A stretch of DNA of 47,622 nt from Tubiluchus corallicola (GCA_030141605.1 JAQGDQ010001318.1:1-47622); one strand, 5' to 3'; positions 38,701-47,622 are shown, counted from the stretch's first letter. Notes: generated by a model from the letters alone, not told the origin. Numbers and translations are program-made.

Positions 38701-41700
38701 AGGAAACTGATGGTTTAAGTGGTCCACTAAAGGAAAAGGAGGACCCACATGGAGCAGAACAGCCGAATGTAAAATTTCTTAAAGTGCTTCTGGCACACGT
38801 AACATCTACTTCTCACATTATTATCACTAAATTGACATTTCTGGATGCAGAGCAACTTTTTTTAAATTGTATTTTTCCTCGGACTTCTTATTTGTGGCAC
38901 TGAGTATCAGAAATTTGTTTCTTTTGTAACTATAACCTCACCCGATTCAAGAATAACCGCATATTATAGCAAATCAGTTAAATTAGTTATAAGGATTCTA
39001 TTTTCTAACCTCTCCTTGTAAAAAAAGCAATTTGCATAAAAAATCAATTACAGTAAAACAGGTGAGCAAAAATACAACTAATGCCAAAAATTACTCAAGT
39101 CAGACAGAGCAAGATATGACCAGGTGAGTTACACTTACCTTTTCCAGGTATTATCACCGTCGGCATCATTTGAGCCGCATCGTGCCACCTGACCTCCTTG
39201 TTGCGGAAGAGAGTGCAAGCCAACCAGTTGTACTCGTCCCTGTCTTCGGCATGCTCGTGATCGCAGTCGCACGCCCGCCCCTCCCGCCGCCCCCGGAAGC
39301 AGTCGAGGCAGACGACGAAGCCGCAACGAGCGCACGTCCAGTGAAGGTTGAACAGCGTGGTGGCGCACACGTCGCACATTTCCCGCACTCCCTGCACGAC
39401 TCGCTTCCAAGCCGATTCTGGAGAAGTGCAATAACATTTATGAGAGATATTGACATCTGCAGACCGAATGTGGCTGCCAAAACGGGATGACAAAACGGAA
39501 TAATACTGACTGTTAAGGTCAGTTTCTGGCCTTAACATGTAGGTGGCAGCACCTATGTGAACTTACCTGTAATTTTACCTGTGAAGTTGTAAATTAGGTT
39601 GAGCCTCACTAAACATGCTTACAGAAGCCCCAGTAAACATTAAATAATGTTTAGATAAATTTATTTGTAGCATCTCTACCTGATTTGCTATAAACCAGTA
39701 TGACGTTCCAAGGATGTATTAAGTTGTTATAGCTGCACGATGTGAGTAATATTTACTTTTATTGCATTAAATTATAATAATTAGATCATTATACATTTGT
39801 AAGCAGTGAAAGCAGTCAAATTTATTATTTTCATTTTTTTTATATACAGAAATAAAAATTTCTGAGAACACCATATGCTACGAAGGAAAATCTTTTGTGT
39901 TTCCAATCACACTGACGATGATGAAGATAAAAATTCAGTTAATGGTGCTGATGATGACGATGACAAAGATGTTGGCTAATCATAATGATGATGATCACAA
40001 TGACGATGACACTGACAAAGATGTTAGCTAAGTGAACTGGCACAAATCAGTTAACCTCATTTTAAACTAGTGGCGGAACCGTTAAATAAATTATAATCAA
40101 TATGGCTTTAATGTATTTTTCAGCATAAGATTCAAACCGATACGAATTCTCTGCTCATTTTGGGAAAAATCCAGGAAAATCGTACGTACGAACGCAGCCG
40201 TCATTGCCGTAAAATCAAGCAATATGGCACTATCTTTGTGCAGATAACTAGGCGTGAGCACATCACCCTCATAAGCTCTCTAAAGATTTCTTATATTTCT
40301 TGTAAACATTTCAAACTTTTTTTTTCACCAGCTGCTTTCTTGTAAAATATGATTTTAAATTTATTAAAATTAACTACTGAATTGGCGTCGTATCTATATA
40401 ATTGATCATGAAAACACAATCAGTGTGCCACCACAATTTTAAACTAGTGACGTCGGGACGCTCCGATAAACCGAAGCTTCGAAACTGAATCCGAAACAGA
40501 GGTTCGGCTATGCTGAGGTTCTGTGTTAATTCAGATCCGACCGAATTACCCAGAGTTTTCCTTGAAAAGCACGATTTTGCTTCAACAGCAGAAGCGACTC
40601 GGAGTTATGGACTCTTTCACCTGTAAATTTTTCAGTTACTTAATTTGCTGTGTTTTTCGACAACTTAGTCTTACTTTGAAAAACGCAAGTGTTGCCATAT
40701 TCACTTTCAGCGTCTGTCCAAAGCACGAAATCCTTCAACAAATATGTTAAGGTTTCTTGTATTATTTTAGCGCACAACGTGGCTTAGATATTTTACTTCA
40801 AGCAGATTTTTTAACAACGTGTGTAGATAAAGGCAGCCCTAAGCCGTTCGAATAAGACTCGGTTTACAGAAACACCTAAAAAATTCAGATTCGAATTCGA
40901 TTCGGAATAGAAAATTATGCGAAAATGAGATTCCCATTTCATCCAGATTCGAAAATTGCTTTAAACTGAGATTCGGATTTGAGGTGGATTCAAAAATTAT
41001 TATAAAATGAGATCCGTCATTTCAGATTTGTCACATCCCTATTTTAAATGATATAAAATAGTACACAACCCACTGACTCAGTTTGCCAAATGGTTGCTAA
41101 GCAACGGATTTTTGAAAGCAGATGCGATTCATTAACGTATATGGCATTAGGCAAGGAAAACAAACCACGACTCACGTCTGCATCTCGTCTTCCACGTCAG
41201 TGCCTCTTTCTCCTGCTCCACGACCTCGCAAAACTGATTGCCGATGTTCATCAAGATGTACTTGGACATTTCGGCGTCCAGCTTCGGATGCGGAACGTAG
41301 TCGGGATGCGGCAGCCAATGACGAAAGTCGTCCTCTAGAGCATCACCCGGCTCAGAAAAACCAGCCGTAGCCATCGAGCCATTTTCTTTTGTTGCTAGCC
41401 TGGAAACAGAATGTTAATTGCATCAGGAGTTTAATGACCCATTTAATAGACAAAATAGTCGATCTCTACAACATTTATGACATTAAAGCCACTAAATGTT
41501 TAACCCGTTCAGGAGAGCATCATTCAAAACAGGCCATATAAGTCCCATGACTTCTGCTACTGTATGAGCACAGACATAACTAAATGATTACAAAACAGGT
41601 ACCGTTCTATTCAGGAGAATCTTCGACATCCAATCATGGTAATTGTTTAAACATTTATAAGTGATTTAATTGGATCAAATTAAGTAAAACACGCCCTTTT

Positions 41701-44700
41701 CAGGCACTCCAACTTAGCCTATTGAGTAGCTTAGTCTGGTGTACACTTGTGTGATCGTACACACTATTTTATGGATCACCTGCTTGCTACACCCCAAGAA
41801 AACCGTCTGCTGTACAGAGTTCCAGGAAAAGCCAATCAACCAGCCAAGGACAAATTAAGGTCGTTTCATTTTTTAGCAGACGTCTCTTTAAAAACAGAAA
41901 AGACTTAAGGCCAAAGAGTATCAGAGTGTTTTGTCTGGACAGTTGAAATTTTTTGCATTAACCAATTTCACAAACGCTGCAGATACAAAAAGCTTTTTTC
42001 ATTTTTTTCATCAAAAATCGATTTTTAATTTGTTTAAGGTATGCATGTGCATTTCATACGTAATTTTACGTGAAATTTCATTGGGTGAGGCATAGAAACA
42101 TACAAAAGTTATCAAATATAGCATAATCGCTGCTTAGTGAAAGCAGTTTTTCATGAACCCATGCAAAATGCAACAAATGCTTATGGTTCTGAAAGGAGTT
42201 GAGCTTTCAAATGGCCAATACATGATTCTGACACATCAAATCAGTCACAAATGACAGTTAAAAATCTCCCACTTCACTACTCAAAATTTAGCATGTAGCA
42301 TCGCTGTTCTGGCATTCTATTTCTACTCATAATTATGACTTCACCAGGTCAGTTACCGTATATACTCGCATATAAGCCGAATTTAGAACTATAAAATACA
42401 ATACTGAAATCAGGGGGTCGGCTTATATGCGCATGAAACAAAATGAACACAAGGACAGACACTAATGCCAATTTTCCAGCCACACATTTTCATCGCTATC
42501 TGACTTTATTTGGTTGTGTGTCACCCAATGTATAATTTCTTCTAGTATGTAACATAAAAGTAAGCATTTTACATCTTTATAGTAAAAGATTTCTATGAAC
42601 CAAAAATACCCAATTAACAAAATGTGACAAAAAGGGATCAATTTTGTTGATTGGGTATGGAGTAAAATTAGACAAGTTGATGGTCGGCTTATATACGGGT
42701 TTTTGCAAAAACTGGCCATTTTAAAGCACTTTTAGGGGGTCGGCTTATATGCGATGTAGGCTTATATGCGAGTATATACGGTAATTCCAAATGCCACATC
42801 AAAAATAATTGATAAAATGTGTAATGAGCCTTTTCAGAGGTCAGTGATTGATGACGATCGTGAAAAGGTGGTTAAGTGTAGCAGACAACGCATTTGTGTA
42901 CATTTGACAATGCCTCGCAGCACAAATGATTTTAGTATGCTATTAGCGATTTTGAAATAGGTTTTTAAACAAGTTAAATTACTAAGAACTTTCTTTTCTA
43001 ATCAGATCAATCTTTCAAGAAGGTAAGCACAATGCTAAGTTTTATGACTTTGTGAGGATATTTTTTTGGGACAAACTTTACAATTGTCCTTTCTTTCCCT
43101 TTAAGACTTCAAACAGCCAGAAATTCAAGTAGAATAACGAACTCATTCATGTGTTACAAATTTTTAACGTCATTTTGGAAATACGTTTGAAAATTTCTAC
43201 GTTTATCTCAAACCCGAACTTCGTCTGCGCCATCTTTAATTTCGTCAACATCGCTGGATGACAAAAATTCGACTTACTTTCGAAAAGCATAAAACCTGCA
43301 AAAGATGCTGCCGGGGTCCTTGGTGTTTCGCAAGACTTTGCACTCCCTACATCGGCTGACCTTCGCTTTTATCTCTTGACAAGCGCTGCACTGAAGAGAC
43401 GCGTTCAAACTCAAAGCGTTCTTAACTTGCTTCGACTTCACGAAACAGTCGCTAGCAACAACTAAAGAAGCAATGGTAAAATTAGAACATTGTTAGAACA
43501 ATGATAAAATCAGAACATTGTTAGAAGAAAGGTAAGATTAAAACATTGTTAAACAATGGTAAAATGACTAACATGCATTTACAATGACCATGAATGAGAT
43601 CAAAAGGTCCTGGTATTAAGGTATTAACAATTGCGAACAGTGATTAGAAACAATGTAAGTATTATCATGATGACTAGAAACAATCGTAAGCATTAACTAC
43701 GTAATAACTGGAAACAATGGTAGGCCTAAACTGCGTAATAACTGGACATAAATGTAGGCATTAACTACGTAATAACTGGAAACAATGGTAAGCATAAACT
43801 ATGTAATAACTGGAAAGAATGGTAAACATTAACTCTGTAATAACTGGAAACAATGGTAAGCATTAACTACGTAATAACTGGAAACAATGGTAAGCATTAA
43901 CTACGCAATAACTGGAAACAATGGTAAACATTATCTACATAATAACTGGAAACAATGGTAAGCATAAACTACATAACAATTGAAAACAATGGTAAGCATT
44001 AACTACGTAATAACTGGAAACAATGGAAAGCATTAACTACGTAATAACTGGATACAATGGTAAATATTAACTATCTTGTGATAACCAGAAACAACGGTAA
44101 GTGTTAACAGTCACATGATTATTACAAACAATTGTATTAAGCAATGAAATTTGCAATTCCTGGCATCAGAAATCAAAATAAAGAAATAAATATCATATAT
44201 TTTTGCAGTAGATCTCTGGATGTTTTGAGTCTCTGTCGAAAGATTTCTTAGCAAGCGGTAGATAGAAATTAAGAGCAGGACCAACCGAGACTGAAAATTG
44301 AGTTATTCAAAAGAGGCGAGCATTTTTTATCAGAAAGCGAATTGAAACAAACCAGTTATTACGTAGTTAATGCTTACCATTGTTTCGTGTTATTACGTAG
44401 TTACTGCTTACCATTTTTTCCAGTTATTATGAAGTTAATGCTTACCATTGTTTCCAGTTATTACGTTGTTAATACATACAACTGCTTCCAGTTATTACGT
44501 GGTTACTGCTTACCATTGTTTCCAGTTATTACATAGTTAATGCTTACCATTGTTTATAGTTATTACATTGTTAATTTGTTTCATATCGGAACAATTATGG
44601 ACATTATTATCGTAAAATTAGGCAAAAATTTAACAAAAAAAACAGATCTTTACCTTGTTTTAAAGGCTCCTCTTCAATTTCTATCTTTTTGACGCACTTT

Positions 44701-46166
44701 TGTTTCTTGCTGTTTATACTGGCACGTCTTTGAACAGTCACATACTTGGGTTCTTGGACGTTGCCAACATCTTTTTTCTTCATCCCTGGAAGAGATTTCT
44801 CGGCACTGCTCTTTCGTTTCTGAGTAACTGGCACCGTTTCTGGTTTCTGGTTCACGGTGCCGCCATGGTTTAAATTGTTGAACGATTTTGCAGGTAAAGC
44901 ATGATCAGTTTTAGCGCTTTCTCTGTTTTTGATTTCGGTTTCGAATTTTAAACTAGCCTGCGAATAAGGAGAAATAATTGTTTGAGCACCAGGAATGCTC
45001 ATTTGAACACTGAGCGACTGTTGTTTTTCCTCCACTTCTTTTTCTTCTTCTTCCTCCCCGCTGGCGTCCATGTGGTCCTCGATTGTGTCAATCTTAGACT
45101 TGTCCCCGTCCATTTTACGAAACTTTTTCAGCGAGTCCGGTTGCTTACCGCTCTTCTTCTTACGCGGAGGGCGGCTATCCCGACTGTGCTCCGATTCGCT
45201 CTCGGACGAAGTCGTCGACGACGTCTGTATCTGCAGTTGAGACGACGGCACTCTCTTCTTCGCCGACTTTTTTCCCAGCTTCTGCGTAACTTCGATGGCC
45301 AGCTCGCTGGGGACAACTGCGTGTTTGGCGGTCGACGGGCTTTGCTTTTCCGTCGGTTTACCAGAGCAGTCGACGAAGCACGGTCGCGTCTGCTCGTTAA
45401 CGATTGCCACGGGTTTCACAATTGCGGAGTTCGATTTCTCCGGCACTTTACTGGAACAGTTAACAAAACAAGGTCGAGTTTGCTCGCTAACAACTAAAGT
45501 AGGTTTGACCATGGTTGAATCTTGTCTATCTATTCGCGCGTTAGAACAACTGACAAAGCATGGACGAACCTGCTCGCTAACGACCACAGCCTGCTGGGTA
45601 ACGACAGCATTCTGATTTTCTTGCACTTTATCAGAACAGTCGACAAAACACGGCCTGATCTGCGGCGATGCTATGCACTGATGAGAGGCCGCTAGTATCT
45701 GCTGATCGTTCAACTTCTGCAGCTTTATCCGGGCGTGCTGAGCGGCTTCGGCCGCTTTAAAATCCGCATCGTCCGGTACGCATGTCAGACCGATGTTGCT
45801 GACGTGTGGATTAGAGACGAACTGCGTAAACTGATTGACAAACGACGCTGCGGCAGGTTGAGGCTGCGACACGATCGTGTGCGAGTAGACTTTGATGTCG
45901 TCGTCGACGATCGCATGCGGATGTGCGACCGGTTGAAGCTGCAGAGTCTGTCGCTGTTGATAAGCTTTCATAAACGGCCCAACAAGCTGCTGATATGAGG
46001 AGGAAGTTTTTGCAGGCGGGTTCGTTTTTCTACTCATGTCGTGGCTTCGGTTTATGGTTGTCATCCATGCAGTGAAGCTGCTCATGGCACAGCCGCTTGG
46101 CTCTTGCATCGCCTTATCAATAAAAGACTTAAAATGGTTGTTCATATTTAACATGGCATTGAACAT
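20562..46166 (-). CDS. KDM3: Lysine-specific histone demethylase, KDM3/JMJD1 family (JmjC, H3K9me1/2). 16 coding exons, about 1265 aa from ATG 46166; the true 5' end is uncertain
   Basis: Hand-spliced exons with GT-AG boundaries and consistent phases (3798 nt in total). Family motifs: CREC...[26 protein letters not shown]...[105 protein letters not shown]. Confidence 0.95.
20717..21090. repeat. CT-rich tract with ~68-bp internal repeats (GA-rich on the KDM3 sense strand)
   Basis: Direct reading. Confidence 0.85.
21600..21835. repeat. GA-rich tract (UC-rich on the KDM3 sense strand)
   Basis: Direct reading. Confidence 0.85.
21908..22042 (-). CDS. KDM3: KDM3 JmjC exon ([24 protein letters not shown])
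   Basis: cttctcag acceptor, CAG|GTTTGT donor, [12 protein letters not shown] motif. Confidence 0.96.
22340..22940 (+). mobile_element. hAT-like MITE (TIR CAGTGGCGGCTCGT), 3' end abutting the 66-bp array
   Basis: Homologous to 26402-26912 along its length. Confidence 0.65.
22938..23640. repeat. 66-bp minisatellite (9 copies plus 1 degenerate) derived from the KDM3 exon/intron junction
   Basis: AATGAAGCCATTAACTCACCTGGT recurs at 22951, 23017 ... 23479 in 66-bp steps, and its core matches the real donor at 23605-23624. Confidence 0.95.
23620..23796 (-). CDS. KDM3: KDM3 JmjC exon with distal His ligand (..[24 protein letters not shown])
   Basis: ttttctcag acceptor, CAG|GTGAGT donor, conserved sequence. 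Confidence 0.96.
24500..24810. repeat. ~103-bp tandem repeat (3 copies), probably the interior of a MITE starting near 24414
   Basis: GCYGACACTCCCTTCTC recurs at about 24522, 24625 and 24728. Confidence 0.7.
25126..25265 (-). CDS. KDM3: KDM3 JmjC exon (..[24 protein letters not shown])
   Basis: ttttacag acceptor, AAG|GTTTCT donor, [15 protein letters not shown] motif. Confidence 0.95.
26402..26912 (+). mobile_element. hAT-like MITE
   Basis: CAGTGGTTGCTC...GAGCCACCAATG imperfect TIRs; degenerate 8-bp TSD TTCAGTAT/CTCAATGT. Confidence 0.7.
27724..28529 (+). mobile_element. hAT-like MITE (TAGGGGCGAGCA...TGCTCGCCCCCTA) with TTCGAA subterminal motifs, containing a nested MITE at about 27834-28245
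   Basis: Terminal inverted repeats visible; the nested element is homologous to 30263-30701. Confidence 0.65.
28845..29418. repeat. 72-bp minisatellite, 8 copies
   Basis: Unit ..GACAAGTCACTCAGCATGTTGGGTTTATTTTACTGTTATCACTTAAACTGTTTGTGGTGTGCTAAATGAAAG. Confidence 0.95.
30263..30701 (+). mobile_element. hAT-like MITE (CCGGGTTCCCAC...GAGAACCCTG) with TTCCCTGAC subterminal repeats
   Basis: Imperfect TIRs; second copy at about 27834-28245. Confidence 0.65.
30727..30846 (-). CDS. KDM3: KDM3 JmjC exon with HxD Fe(II) ligands ([22 protein letters not shown])
   Basis: tatcttcag acceptor, AG|GTGGGC donor, NLHLD motif. Confidence 0.96.
31752..31882 (-). CDS. KDM3: KDM3 JmjC exon ([26 protein letters not shown])
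   Basis: tttgatag acceptor, ATG|GTATGT donor, [12 protein letters not shown] motif. Confidence 0.96.
32106..32196 (-). CDS. KDM3: KDM3 exon ([31 protein letters not shown])
   Basis: ttcctag acceptor, AG|GTGAGT donor, LKLKDWPP motif. Confidence 0.96.
32258..32890. repeat. 40-bp minisatellite, about 15 copies, filling most of a KDM3 intron
   Basis: Unit ACAAGCTGCAAGAGAAGTTGTCAAGCCATTCACATGTACA. Confidence 0.95.
33106..33277 (-). CDS. KDM3: KDM3 exon ([23 protein letters not shown])
   Basis: tctttcag acceptor, TG|GTAATG donor, conserved sequence. Confidence 0.95.
33402..33533. repeat. ~67-bp tandem duplication
   Basis: TCACAATACGTGCACAATAAGCCTGTTCACAG.. occurs twice. Confidence 0.85.
33644..33978. 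repeat. ~122-bp tandem repeat, 3 copies
   Basis: GTAGAGTGATTTACTAGCAGGATCTTGCTTG at about 33644, 33767 and 33889. Confidence 0.9.
34101..34256 (-). CDS. KDM3: KDM3 exon (..[31 protein letters not shown])
   Basis: tttccag acceptor, CAG|GTAAAA donor, strongly conserved motif. Confidence 0.95.
34462..34560 (+). pseudogene. 5S rRNA-derived segment (SINE head, not a functional 5S gene)
   Basis: Clear 5S sequence, but roughly 17 nt missing between AAAACAC and GAAGTTAAG, plus several substitutions. Confidence 0.85.
34462..35001 (+). mobile_element. 5S rRNA-derived SINE (SINE3 type): degenerate 5S head with internal deletion, ~440-bp GC-rich body and short (GCA/CAA)n tail, flanked by a ~50-bp direct repeat
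   Basis: 34462-34560 reads ..ACGTTGAAAACAC/GAAGTTAAGCAA..GGTTAGTACTTGGATGGGTGACCGCCTAGGAATACCAGGTGCTGTAGGC (5S box A, IE and box C kept; no T-run terminator). Direct repeats at 34413-34461 and 35003-35052. Confidence 0.8.
35613..35749 (-). CDS. KDM3: KDM3 linker exon (..[15 protein letters not shown]..)
   Basis: ttttcag acceptor, TTG|GTATGA donor; phase 1 to 0; amphipathic helix resembling the one preceding the JmjC region in KDM3 proteins. Confidence 0.78.
36831..36963 (-). CDS. KDM3: KDM3 linker exon ([20 protein letters not shown])
   Basis: ttttttcag acceptor, G|GTTTGT donor; phase 0 to 1 bridges its neighbours; poorly conserved sequence. Confidence 0.75.
37222..37412. repeat. ~19-bp minisatellite (GCATTAAGAGAGGCATTTG)n
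   Basis: About 10 degenerate units. Confidence 0.8.
38365..38495 (-). CDS. KDM3: KDM3 exon ([24 protein letters not shown]..)
   Basis: tcttcag acceptor, AAG|GTACTG donor, conserved H..R.KW.I...CPC motif. Confidence 0.92.
39139..39417 (-). CDS. KDM3: KDM3 exon, C6-type zinc finger ([38 protein letters not shown])
   Basis: ttctccag acceptor, AG|GTAAGT donor, hallmark KDM3 zinc finger. Confidence 0.96.
40068..40436 (+). mobile_element. hAT-like MITE (TAGTGGCGG...GCCACCACAA) with 8-bp TSD TTTTAAAC
   Basis: TTTTAAAC at 40060-40067 and 40437-40444. Confidence 0.55.
40445..41041 (+). mobile_element. hAT-like MITE (TAGTGACGT...ACATCCCTA) with TTCGG/TTCGAA subterminal motifs and 8-bp TSD TTTTAAAC/T
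   Basis: Flanked by TTTTAAAC (40437) and TTTTAAAT (41042). Confidence 0.6.
41176..41399 (-). CDS. KDM3: KDM3 exon ([39 protein letters not shown]..)
   Basis: tttccag acceptor, C|GTGAGT donor, conserved YIL..IG..FC..V..EKEA motif. Confidence 0.93.
42356..42781. mobile_element. Tc1/mariner-pogo-type MITE with TA TSD
   Basis: TA-CCGTATATACTCGCATATAAGCC ... GGCTTATATGCGAGTATATACGG-TA, a perfect TIR; related remnant at about 31580-31661. Confidence 0.88.
43278..43461 (-). CDS. KDM3: KDM3 exon (..[31 protein letters not shown])
   Basis: cttctttag acceptor, AA|GTAAGT donor, conserved CREC and FCRF motifs. Confidence 0.92.
43676..44573. repeat. Two 34-bp tandem arrays in inverted orientation (about 43676-44108 and 44353-44573); foldback structure
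   Basis: Unit CATTAACTACGTAATAACTGGAAACAATGGTAAG, and its reverse complement CTTACCATTGTTTCCAGTTATTACGTAGTTAATG. Confidence 0.9.
44654..46166 (-). CDS. KDM3: KDM3 large N-terminal exon (low complexity, 4 x 30-aa Cys-containing repeats, basic NLS-like patches)
   Basis: Open frame of about 504 codons; donor CAAG|GTAAAG at 44653 (phase 1) joins the next exon in frame. An in-frame TAG at 46200-46202 limits the ORF upstream. Candidate acceptors at 46236 and 46200. Confidence 0.8.
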
Positions 46167-46602
46167 CTGACGTAAATTTTCTTCGCTACGAATCTCTGAC
46201 TAGAAGTGGCACAGCAGCCCTGAGCGTTAGATGGCCTGAAAACATGAGAGCATTTTATTGCGGACCTCGTTGAGCGACAGGATGATTCGATGCCGCTGCC
46301 GCCGCAAGGAGTGTGAACGGTTTGCACGAAATTACTGAAATTTCTAAGAAGATTCAAGTCAAAGGAAACATTCCCCTTGACAGATTGCACAATTGTGCTG
46401 TATTATTGCACGCACTAATGTGCAAAAATTTATAATTTTTTTTTGCTACGTACATCGACTCATTCAAGGAACTTCAGCAAACATTCAGCTTTGGGAATGC
46501 AGCACTCTCACTAAAAGTGCTACGGTCACCATTGCTGCCAACAAGTAACGGAAGCCATTAAAAATATTGTCGTGTGACCGCTATAAAGAATGGTCATGCT
46601 AC

Positions 46603-46769
46603 CTCGTAATACAGGTTGGGTCTGTTGAACGGAGCTTTCAGGACAGGACAAGATGGTATGTTCAGCATTTTCTGCACGTCTTTAGTCACTGTCATTGTGC
46701 ACGTTGCAGTCAATCCCAAGATCGGAACTTTTGGAAACTGACGTTTCATGATCCCAAGAATCTTGTAAT
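46603..46769 (-). CDS. RECQL: Internal exon of a RecQ1/RECQL-type ATP-dependent DNA helicase (motif III to end of the first RecA-like domain)
   Basis: 167-bp stop-free exon; ttttgtag acceptor (phase 1), GAG|GTAGCA donor (phase 0). Translates (D)[55 protein letters not shown], matching the RECQL pattern DYK.LGI.KRQFP....GLTAT....FNRPNLYYE. Confidence 0.88.
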
Positions 46770-46849
46770 CTACAAAATCACATAAATGTTAAAACATAAA
46801 AAATGAAAATAACAAGATTATGGAAAATTATGATCATATTTTGGGTGCA

Positions 46850-47250
46850 TCCTATTTTACAAGCCTACATTCGCTCCAGTTTTTCCTTGTGCGATGCTAA
46901 CCAAAGATTACCCATATTGCTTGGTCATTGGATCCTACTTAATTTCTGCAAGCATTATGAAACAAACGAAGATCTACATGAAAAAATAAAAGAAGAACCT
47001 TGGACAAGAAAAATAAAAAGACGCCATTTAAGATGGATTGGGCATACGGTTAGACTACCTGATGATATTCCAGTGAAGATAGCTCTTTAACAAGCCATAG
47101 AACCAGCTAAAAACCTGCAGGGAGACAAATGTTAACATATTTAGATTTTGCACAGAAAGATTTAAACACTTCAACATTGATCCTTAGAAATAAATGCACT
47201 TGGGGCATTGCAGCGAGTAGGGAGTCCTGGCATAGGGAGGTGAACAGAAT
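46850..47250 (+). mobile_element. Degenerate RTE-clade-like LINE, 3' end of ORF
   Basis: TNEDLHEKIKEEPWTRKIKRRHLRWIGHTVRLPDDIPVKIAL followed by PAGR and A.SRESW motifs typical of RTE C-termini; interrupted by stops. Confidence 0.7.
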
Positions 47251-47622
47251 CATGTCCCTGAACGTGTGATACTCGGAGATTATCCTAAGACTGTCCACTT
47301 ACTTAAGCTTTCCATGAATCAATTCAGCCATCAATGGAGCAAAGAAAAGACAGATTGCACGCATGAATGGATTTCACACAAAAAACCTCAATGGAACATC
47401 TCTTATTTCTGTTTGGTGGCAAAAGGTGGAGAGTGTCATGCCCTTGGACGATTGAAGTGCATCACATGATCACAATTTCTGCAATGGAAGTGGTGCTGGC
47501 AAGCCACACCTGGTATTTTCTCGATTAACTGCTGTACTTGCTTGCCCGAGGGCAGGTTTCTTATATTAAAATTCTGCTTATCCAAAGTTTATAACAGACA
47601 TAATGGGTTTTCAAGAATTATG

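Noticed and set aside
44982-45998. + strand ORFs overlapping the large exon (also 39170-39490 and 41090-41370)
   Set aside because: Antisense shadows of KDM3 coding exons.
47280-47560. Possible upstream RECQL exon (DEVH..QWGHDFRP) or KDM3 exon, given a GTAAGT donor near 47300
   Set aside because: The three minus-strand frames show no RecQ or KDM3 motifs and contain stops; left unassigned.

Overview
AT-rich, repeat-rich animal (probably invertebrate) genomic DNA with spliceosomal introns. It is not prokaryotic and has no CRISPR array. The main feature is a minus-strand KDM3/JMJD1-family JmjC H3K9 demethylase gene, which I reconstructed by hand as 16 GT-AG coding exons (46166 to 20562, about 1265 aa from the first ATG). 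All intron phases are compatible, and the C6 zinc finger and HxD...H iron ligands are intact. An intact 167-bp exon of a RecQ1/RECQL helicase, missed by the ORF track, sits on the same strand only about 400 bp upstream. I found no downstream RECQL exons in the window, and its phase-0 donor can splice in frame into KDM3. Several KDM3 introns hold satellites whose units mimic splice sites, including a 66-bp array copied from the exon/donor junction at the catalytic His, and two introns hold complementary repeats. A 5S-rRNA-headed SINE (SINE3 type) lies in one intron. In 1-20.5 kb I found no recognisable gene, only satellites, microsatellites, TTAA-flanked non-autonomous DNA transposons, a LINE remnant and a ~1.1-kb tandem duplication. 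Most ORFs in the supplied track are repeat artefacts.
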